Shown in pieces: positions 44,957 to 51,110 of a stretch of DNA of 51,110 bases. The notes under the pieces are model-generated. The model saw only the letters and a program-made list of their open reading frames with translations, was not told where the DNA came from and did not search any database. How positions within the stretch are numbered: position 1 is the first letter of the stretch; each line of letters opens with the position of its first letter. The position numbers were made by a program, and so were the translations under genes. Origin of the DNA: Christensenellaceae bacterium (GTDB lineage Bacteria; Bacillota; Clostridia; Christensenellales; Borkfalkiaceae); the NCBI GenBank assembly GCA_045639045.1, contig JAZUCI010000131.1, forward strand, positions 1 to 51,110, read 5' to 3'.

Positions 44957-44980
44957 TTGAGAGTGGCGAGCCACTCTCAA
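44957..44980 (-). promoter_or_regulatory. 10-bp leader hairpin upstream of rimP (possible attenuator / weak terminator)
   Basis: ttgagagtgg cgag ccactctcaa. On the minus strand it is followed by AUCCUUUUAUAA, a poor U-tract. Confidence 0.45.
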
Positions 44981-45009
44981 ATAAAAGTCAATCTTATTCA
45001 AGTATATTC

Positions 45010-45038
45010 ATTATACACTATTTTTTTTCGTTTGGCAA
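45010..45038 (-). promoter_or_regulatory. Sigma-A promoter for the rimP-nusA-infB operon (TTGCCA-17-TATAAT, TG-extended)
   Basis: Minus strand reads ttgcca aacgaaaaaaaatagtg tataat. The -35 lies in the last codons of the upstream gene. Confidence 0.55.
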
Positions 45039-46562
45039 GCGTTTTTGCAACTTTATTAGCTCCAAAAACATTTCTGCGGTGGCTAATGCGTCGTAACAGG
45101 CGCGGTGATGCTGAAATTCAATGCCAAAATGCGCGCAAACGGTGTTTAATTTATGATTGGCAAGGTGCGGGAGTACCTCACGCGAAAAATCCAGGGTATC
45201 CATTACCGCGTTATCAAACACGTATTCGCAGTTTCTGCCGTGGAAGCGCATAAAACTCATATCAAAGGGCGCGTTGTGCGCAACCATAATCGCCCCTTCC
45301 ACGTACTTGTAAAAATCCCCTACCACTTCGCTAAATTTGGGCGCATCCGCAACCATTTCGTCCGTAATGCCCGTAAGTTCCACGATTTTTGCGGGAATGG
45401 GGCGTTCGGGATTGACGAAGGTGGAAAATAGATCGGTAATTTTGCCGTTTACGATACGCACCGCGCCGATTTCGGTAATCATGTCCGCCGTGGGGGTGGT
45501 ACCCGTGGTTTCCAAGTCGAACACCACGAAGGTTTTACCCGTTAAGCACTCGGGCAGTTTTTCTTCCACGTCGAACAGCGCCTTTTGGCGGGTGGAATGA
45601 AAACCCGTGGGGCGCACCAAACGGTATTCGGGCGCAGGCTGACGTTTTTCCTTTGCCATGGGCTTAAAATCGGGCGGGAAGGTACAGCGGTTTAATTTTT
45701 GGATGGTATAGCGAAGGCCTCCGCCACCGTTTTCGTACTTGCCCGAAGTGATGATGGCGTCCCCTTCCTTAATTTGGCGCACCTTTTCCACCGTTCCTTT
45801 TTTAGAAAAATAGAACGCGCGTAAGGGTTTTGCCACCGTGCGATCGGTATATTCAAACACGAAATAGGGCTTACCGTTTTTGGTTTCCTTTTCGCTAACC
45901 GAAAGCACCACGCCCGCGTGGATTACACCCTCCATTTCCATGAGCGCGTCCTCCATATAAAGGGCGGTTTGCACCATATTTTTATCGTCCACGGGAAACA
46001 CTTCGTTTACGTAAAAGGAACGCACGCGTACGGGCGCAACGCGGAAGTTTACCGTGTTGTTTTCGGCCAAGGGAACGAAGTTTTCTTCGGGCTTTTCCGC
46101 AACCGCGCTACCTTGAAAGGTGCCGCAAAAGGTACGGTTTAACAGCGCGTCCGCATTGGCGATTGCGTTGCTTTTATCCAGCAGTTTTTTTGCCGAAGGG
46201 GAAACCGAAACCACGTAACGTTTTACGGGGGTGGAGGTATCCGCCGTGATATCCTGCTTGCCAAGTTCAAAAGATACCGCGTTTTGGGTGGTTTTTAGAT
46301 AGTTATATACGGTATGTACCACCAAATCGTTATCCGCAACCCGTTTTTCCACGCCTACGGTAACGCCCAAAAACCCGTCGGGCACTACTTCGTTTACCGT
46401 GTGAAGGATGCGCTCTTGCAAATCTTCGCTTACGGTTTTTTCACAGAGAAAGGAAAAATGGACGCTTCTGCGCCTTTGGTCTATCACTACGTCCGCAAGT
46501 TTTAGCGTTTCTAACGCTTCGTCGCTTGCGCGTAAGGATTCTATCATTTGTTTGATATCCAT
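45018..46562 (-). CDS. PolC-derived protein: PolC N-terminal domain + OB fold + DEDDh 3'-5' exonuclease, no PHP or polymerase domains
   Basis: 514 aa. The exonuclease module [10 protein letters not shown]...[10 protein letters not shown]...[12 protein letters not shown]...[28 protein letters not shown] is near-colinear with my recollection of the B. subtilis PolC exonuclease ([60 protein letters not shown]). An OB-like segment [26 protein letters not shown] precedes it. Sits between ispG and rimP. Confidence 0.8.
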   Translation of the reverse strand: [514 protein letters not shown]

Positions 46563-46598
46563 ATTTTCCCCCTTTGCCCGTTTGGGCGGTTTCGTTTC

Positions 46599-47654
46599 CT
46601 ATTTGCCTTGTTTTTCACGTAAAACTTGGGCTAAAATTTCCATAAATTCGCTTTCCGCGCGTTCTAAAGGAACAGTTTTTAACACCTTTCCTTTTTGGAA
46701 AATCGCCGCGCCGCCTTTCGCGCCCGCGATGCCCAAATCCGCATCCCGCGATTCCCCAATGCCGTTCACCACGCAACCCATTACCGCAATTTTTACGGGA
46801 ACGGTGATATCTTGCGTAAGTTTTTCCACCTTTTCGGCTACCTCTACGGCGTTCCATAAACATCTACCGCAAGTGGGGCAAGCGATAACTTCCGCCATAT
46901 TGGGGTATAAACCTGCGGCGTTCAAAATCTTTTTCGCCGCGTACACTTCCCTAACGGGGTCTGCCGCAAGCGAAACGCGGATGGTATCCCCAATACCGCT
47001 TAATAACAGCGCGCCAATCCCCATACTGCTTTTTACCATACCCGTATCGTAGGTACCTGCTTCGGTTACACCCACGTGTAAGGGGTAGGAGGTGCGCTCC
47101 GCAACGTAGCGGTACGCTTGCACGGTTAAGGGAACGCTGGAAGCCTTTACCGAAATTACGATATTTTCCACCCCGTGTTTTTCAAGGAGAGAAACTTGCG
47201 CCAAAGCGCTTTCCCCCAAAGCTTTGGCGGTAGCGCCGTATTTTTCAAAATATTCCTTTTGAATACTGCCAAGGTTACTGCCCACGCGTACGGGGATTTG
47301 CCGTTCTTTCAGTAAGGCGGCCACTTCGCGAAGATTGCCTTCCCCACCGATATTGCCGGGGTTTAGGCGCACCTTATCAATGCCGTTTTCAATGGAAAGA
47401 AGGGCAAGTTTATGGTCGAACTGAATATCCGCAACCAAAGCGGCGTTCGTTTGCTTTTTGATTTCGGGAATAGCGAAAGCATCCGCTTCATCCGAAACGG
47501 CAAAGCGCGCGATAGTAGCGCCCGCGCGTTCCATAGCGCGGATTTGGTTTACCGTGGCGGTAACGTTTTCCGCTTTTACGCTGGTCATGGACTGAATCGC
47601 GATAGGCTCCCCCCCACCAATGGCAATCTTGCCGATTCGTACGCGTTTTTGCAT
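46599..47654 (-). CDS. ispG: 4-hydroxy-3-methylbut-2-en-1-yl diphosphate synthase
   Basis: 351 aa. ...VRLNPGNIG..., ACPTCGRC and VMGCVVNGIGE. Confidence 0.95.
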   Translation of the reverse strand: MQKRVRIGKIAIGGGEPIAIQSMTSVKAENVTATVNQIRAMERAGATIARFAVSDEADAFAIPEIKKQTNAALVADIQFDHKLALLSIENGIDKVRLNPGNIGGEGNLREVAALLKERQIPVRVGSNLGSIQKEYFEKYGATAKALGESALAQVSLLEKHGVENIVISVKASSVPLTVQAYRYVAERTSYPLHVGVTEAGTYDTGMVKSSMGIGALLLSGIGDTIRVSLAADPVREVYAAKKILNAAGLYPNMAEVIACPTCGRCLWNAVEVAEKVEKLTQDITVPVKIAVMGCVVNGIGESRDADLGIAGAKGGAAIFQKGKVLKTVPLERAESEFMEILAQVLREKQGK

Positions 47655-47674
47655 ACCTTTCCCCCTTTATTTTA

Positions 47675-47699
47675 ACGAAAAAGCCGGGGTGCCCGGCTT
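47675..47699 (-). terminator. Intrinsic terminator after nrdR
   Basis: aagccggg gtg cccggctt, followed on the minus strand by uuuucguu. Confidence 0.55.
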
Positions 47700-47703
47700 A
47701 CGA

Positions 47704-48159
47704 TTAGTTTTTGGAAAGTAACGTTTCGATTTCCTTCATAAACGTGGAAATATCTTTGAACTGACGGTAAACGGAAGCGAAGCGGATATACGCAACTTCG
47801 TCCACTTCTTTTAGCCGCTCCATTACCATTTCGCCAATTTGCTTGCTGGTAATTTCCTGTTCCAAACTGTTGTAAATTTGCTTTTGGATATCTTCCACGA
47901 TTTGGTCGATTTTCACCATGGAAACGGGGCGTTTTTCGCAAGCGCGGATAATCCCGTTTTTCAGTTTTGCGGGATTGAAAGTTTGGCGGTTGCCACCGTT
48001 TTTTACCACCAAAATTTGCGTGGTTTCAATGGTTTCGTAGGTGGTGAATCTTCTACCGCAGCCGTTGCATTCCCTGCGACGGCGAATACTACTGCCTTCG
48101 TCTGCCGAGCGGGAGTCGATAACCTTGCTATCCGTGCAGCCACAATACATACATTTCAT
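47704..48159 (-). CDS. nrdR: Transcriptional repressor NrdR
   Basis: 151 aa. Zinc ribbon MKCMYCG...[12 protein letters not shown] plus an ATP-cone. Confidence 0.95.
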   Translation of the reverse strand: MKCMYCGCTDSKVIDSRSADEGSSIRRRRECNGCGRRFTTYETIETTQILVVKNGGNRQTFNPAKLKNGIIRACEKRPVSMVKIDQIVEDIQKQIYNSLEQEITSKQIGEMVMERLKEVDEVAYIRFASVYRQFKDISTFMKEIETLLSKN

Positions 48160-48317
48160 CTTTTTATCCCCTAACGTTTCTTTTTGCGGTGAGCAATCAC
48201 CCTTTCTATTTTAACATAAAACGGGATTTTTTGCACCTGTTTTTGCAAAAAAAATTCGTAAATTTCTATTTTTTCCGCTTCTTTACGCATACTTTACGTA
48301 AGTAAGGGGGAAAAATA

Positions 48318-48623
48318 GTGGTTTTTATTTACGTTTTGTTTGCTATTTACCTGTTGGCGGTAAATTTTTACGGCATTTTACTGATGTCCGCGCAAAAAAA
48401 GGCGCGTACCGAAGGGGCGGAAAAAAGCGTTTCGGACGCGCGTGTGTTCGTTGCGGCGTTCCTTGGGGGAACGCTGGGGGTATACCTTTATATGCTAATT
48501 AAAAAATGGCGGCTGACCAGTTTGCATTTGGTGGTATTTTTGCCCCTTGTTTTCGCGCTGAACGTATACCTTATATATATGGCGATTTCCTACCGATTCG
48601 GCTTTGCTATGCCCATGGTTTAA
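48318..48623 (+). CDS. Small 3-TM membrane protein, diverged DUF1294-like
   Basis: 101 aa, GTG start after AAGGGGG. The layout YGILLMSAQKKARTEGAEKSVSDARVFVAAFLGGTLGVY..KKWR parallels the DUF1294 protein at 25895-26170, but the RIPE/HKT motifs are not conserved. Confidence 0.55.
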   Translation: MVFIYVLFAIYLLAVNFYGILLMSAQKKARTEGAEKSVSDARVFVAAFLGGTLGVYLYMLIKKWRLTSLHLVVFLPLVFALNVYLIYMAISYRFGFAMPMV

Positions 48624-49279
48624 ATGCGGGAAAGGATTTCTTTGGAAAGATCCTCGGCGGTATGAAACAGTTTGGTTGCGCCCGCGTTGATCAGTTCTTC
48701 GGGATCGCGAAAACCCCAAGTTACCGCGAACAATGCAAGATTGGCGTTTTTTGCGGTGAGCACGTCCACCTCGCTATCCCCAACGTAGGCGGCTTCGTCC
48801 GCGCTTGCGCCAAGCATTTTAAGGATTTCGTGCACCGCGGCGGGATGGGGCTTTTTAGGCACCCCTTCCCTTTGCCCGAACACAACCGAAAAAACGCGCG
48901 GGAAAAAGCGGTTTACGATATCTACGGTGGGGGCGTGCGCCTTGTTGGAAAGAACGGCAAGGGCTACGCCATTTTCTTCTAGAAAATGCAACAGTTCCAA
49001 AACGCCCGCGTAAGGCTTGGTGGCATCCAAAGAATGGTCTTTATAATATTCCGTAAAACAGGCGAAAACCCGCGCGAAATCTTCTTCCTTCGTTCCTTCG
49101 GGAAGGGCGCGGAGAACAAGGTTTTTCACCCCGTTTCCCACCATTTTTCTAACCTCCGCCAAAGTGCGAAGGGGCATTTTATTTTCGGCAAGCGCGTAAT
49201 TTACCGCATTCGTTAAATCCTGCAAAGTATCCGTAAGCGTTCCGTCCAAATCAAACAGAACGGCCTTTAATTTCTTCAT
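48620..49279 (-). CDS. HAD-superfamily hydrolase (phosphoglycolate phosphatase-like)
   Basis: MKKLKAVLFDLDGTLTDT (motif I), VLSNK (motif II), VGDSEVDVLTAKNA (motif III/IV). ATG 49279 is preferred, because the track TTG at 49291 falls in the upstream terminator. Confidence 0.85.
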   Translation of the reverse strand: MKKLKAVLFDLDGTLTDTLQDLTNAVNYALAENKMPLRTLAEVRKMVGNGVKNLVLRALPEGTKEEDFARVFACFTEYYKDHSLDATKPYAGVLELLHFLEENGVALAVLSNKAHAPTVDIVNRFFPRVFSVVFGQREGVPKKPHPAAVHEILKMLGASADEAAYVGDSEVDVLTAKNANLALFAVTWGFRDPEELINAGATKLFHTAEDLSKEILSRI

Positions 49280-49285
49280 GTTTTC

Positions 49286-49318
49286 ACCCAAAAAACAACC
49301 ACCGCACGGTGGTTGTTT
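49286..49318 (-). terminator. Intrinsic terminator after the rluD-like gene
   Basis: aacaaccacc gcac ggtggttgtt, followed on the minus strand by uuuuugggu. Confidence 0.65.
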
Positions 49319-49320
49319 CC

Positions 49321-50274
49321 TTATTTTAATTTATCGAGTACTTGCTGAAAATACTCGGGCAAAGGCGCGGAAAAACACATTTCTTTGCCCGTTACGGGGT
49401 GTTGAAAGGTGATTTCATACGCGTGCAACAATTGCCCTTCCAAATGGAATTTTTGCTTTGCAAAGCCGTATTCGGGATCACCCACCACGGGATGCCCCAA
49501 ATGTTTGGCGTGTACGCGAATTTGGTGCGTACGCCCCGTTTGCAAGGAGAATTCGCAAAGGGTGTAGTTTTCGTACGTTTTTACCACGCGGTAATCGGTA
49601 ATCGCTTGCTTCCCCGTGGAAAAGGATACGGCGTATTTGGTGCGATTTTTGTTATCCCGCGTAAGGTAGGTTTCTATTCTACCCGAAGGGGTTTTTACTT
49701 TCCCTTCCAAAAGCGCAAGGTATTTACGCTTGCACGTTTTCTTTTCAATTTGTTTGGATAGATGCACGTGCGCGCTATCGTTTTTCGCAACGAGAAGCAC
49801 GCCCGAAGTATTTTTATCAATGCGATGCACGATGCCCGGGCGCAGTTTTCCCCCTACCCCGCTTAACTTATCCAAGTGAAATAAAAGGGCGTTGACAAGC
49901 GTTTCATTCCCCGTTCCGTTGCCTGCGTGCACGGTTAAACCTTGCGGCTTGTTGATTACCGCAAGATCGTCGTCCTGATAAATCACCGAAAGGGGGATGT
50001 TTAAGGGGGTGGCTTCTACGGGCGTAGGATCGGGCAAGGTAAAGGATACGGAATCCCCCGCTTTTAGGGTATATCCCGCCTTAACCACCGCGCCGTTTAC
50101 CCTGACGTTGCCGTTATCCGTTTCCTTTTTTAAGCGGGAACGGGTAAGCGTGGGCACGCTATTCGCCAGAAACACGTCCAGCCGAAGACCATAATCCTTC
50201 GGCTGGACGGTAAAAGTTTGCGCTTCCATAAAAGGAAAAGTTAACCCGTTATTCTTGTTCTGCAGGCGCTTCAC
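49321..50274 (-). CDS. rluD: RluA/RluD-family 23S rRNA pseudouridine synthase
   Basis: S4-like N-terminus (GLRLDVFLA) and catalytic HRIDKNTSGVLLVAK. The track start is a GTG overlapping lspA. An alternative ATG at 50229 (MEAQTFTV) gives a more typical N-terminus. Confidence 0.88.
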   Translation of the reverse strand: MKRLQNKNNGLTFPFMEAQTFTVQPKDYGLRLDVFLANSVPTLTRSRLKKETDNGNVRVNGAVVKAGYTLKAGDSVSFTLPDPTPVEATPLNIPLSVIYQDDDLAVINKPQGLTVHAGNGTGNETLVNALLFHLDKLSGVGGKLRPGIVHRIDKNTSGVLLVAKNDSAHVHLSKQIEKKTCKRKYLALLEGKVKTPSGRIETYLTRDNKNRTKYAVSFSTGKQAITDYRVVKTYENYTLCEFSLQTGRTHQIRVHAKHLGHPVVGDPEYGFAKQKFHLEGQLLHAYEITFQHPVTGKEMCFSAPLPEYFQQVLDKLK

Positions 50275-50821
50275 TTTCAGCGGGCGCTTCTACGGCAGTT
50301 TCTTCCGCCTTCTTCTTTTTGAAGTTGAAAACGGGATCTTTGCCAAGGAACAATAAATATAGGCAGATGATAATTACGCCTGCGGTAATTGCGATATCCG
50401 CAACGTTGATGTTAGCGAAGAATTGAATGTTCATGAAGTCGCGAACGCCACCGGCAAACCCGTCTAAACCGTAGAACTTATCACCCAACATTTGGTACAT
50501 AAGGGTGCAAAGGCGATCGATTAAGTTACCCGCAGTACCGCCGGCAAGAACCATTAAACCGCTGGAAAGCAATTTGGATTTGGTTTTGGTAAGAGCAACG
50601 AAGCAAACCACGATAGCGATGATGGAAATCAACGAGAAGAGCGCGATGCCCCAAGATTGACTGCCGAACAAACCGAAAGCAGCGCCGCTGTTTTGGGTAT
50701 ATTCTAACGAAAGCAATCCGTCGATGATAACGAATTGCACGTCTGCCGCAGCAACGATGATTTTCGTGATTTGGTCTACTGCAACGATTGCAAAGAACAA
50801 AATGATGGGTAAAATAGCCAT
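50249..50821 (-). CDS. lspA: Lipoprotein signal peptidase (signal peptidase II) with acidic Ala/Pro/Glu-rich C-terminal tail
   Basis: 190 aa. DQITK, NSGAAFG and NLIDR motifs. GGAGAT RBS. Confidence 0.9.
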   Translation of the reverse strand: MAILPIILFFAIVAVDQITKIIVAAADVQFVIIDGLLSLEYTQNSGAAFGLFGSQSWGIALFSLISIIAIVVCFVALTKTKSKLLSSGLMVLAGGTAGNLIDRLCTLMYQMLGDKFYGLDGFAGGVRDFMNIQFFANINVADIAITAGVIIICLYLLFLGKDPVFNFKKKKAEETAVEAPAESEAPAEQE

Positions 50822-50889
50822 AATAGTATCTCCTTCCTATTTTTGTTAAATTTATTTCTCAACGGGTTTTCCCGTTAACGACGTTTTGA

Positions 50890-51110
50890 TTACGCGTCTT
50901 CGCCCCGATGCTTCATAAGCAAATCGCGTTTTAAGTTATACAGTTTTTCGGATAAGTCCACTTTATACACGTGGGGTTGATCCAAACGCTTGTATTCTTC
51001 CCAGAAGGTAGCAAGTTCCTTTTGGGCAAACGCGCGGATTTCCATTACCGAGGGGGAAGCGTATACTTGTTTCCCTTCCTCAAACACCGTGATATGCAAG
51101 GGCTTTACCG
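50890..51110 (-). CDS. pncB: Nicotinate phosphoribosyltransferase, C-terminal fragment (5' part beyond right edge)
   Basis: The frame stays open to the window edge (...VKPLHITVFEEGKQVYASPSVMEIRAFAQKELATFWEEYKRLDQPHVYKVDLSEKLYNLKRDLL). This matches my memory of NAPRTase C-termini. The track M is a TTG inside the gene. Confidence 0.6.
   Translation of the reverse strand, partial: VKPLHITVFEEGKQVYASPSVMEIRAFAQKELATFWEEYKRLDQPHVYKVDLSEKLYNLKRDLLMKHRGEDA

Noticed and set aside
46408-47052. 214-aa plus-strand ORF spanning the PolC-like gene start and ispG
   Set aside because: It crosses an intergenic region and two well-supported minus-strand genes. The product is low-complexity Ser-rich, so I treat it as a shadow ORF.

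Overview
This is a 51.1-kb chromosomal core window from a Bacillota (Clostridia-like) genome. The lineage is probably endospore-forming, because spoVT-yabM-yabN synteny is present. I support about 50 protein genes, 47 of them on the minus strand, arranged in classic Firmicute synteny blocks. From left to right the content is:
- a two-component system (the histidine kinase is cut by the left edge) divergent from an EF-G paralog
- argS and ychF
- three AT-rich orphan envelope-protein genes
- an M20 peptidase
- a PadR-DUF1700-DUF4097 operon
- ssrA (tmRNA, found by eye; no protein ORF explains it), preceded by secG, rnr, smpB and a yfhO-like gene
- pgk-tpiA-gpmI
- a Na/Pi cotransporter gene
- a long co-directional array: spoVT, flippase, yabN/mazG, dusB, a CN-hydrolase-like gene, trmL, DUF1294, mgtC and a LUD-domain gene
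- pepP-efp
- the polC-position gene followed by rimP-nusA-ylxR-ylxQ-infB-rbfA-nrnA-truB-ribF and an nfo-like gene
- ispG, nrdR, a HAD hydrolase gene, rluD-like, lspA and a pncB fragment.
I found no rRNA, tRNA, CRISPR array, transposase, integrase or prophage genes.
The best candidate for something undescribed is an AT-rich monocistronic island (31.86-34.14 kb) between efp and spoVT. It has its own near-consensus promoter and its own terminator. It encodes a ~707-aa orphan protein with alpha/beta N-terminal modules, a helical core, a coiled coil and two C-terminal TM helices.
Second is a 514-aa PolC-derived protein (N-domain + OB + exonuclease) that lacks the PHP and polymerase domains. It sits exactly at the canonical ispG-polC-rimP position.
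Other observations:
- a duplicated tmRNA 3' flank and terminator
- a yfhO-like gene inserted between smpB and ssrA
- an EF-G paralog without the catalytic His
- 33-nt tandem repeats in infB
- an insertion in Pgk
- several operator-like palindromes.
All protein family calls come from motif recognition by eye. No database search was possible.
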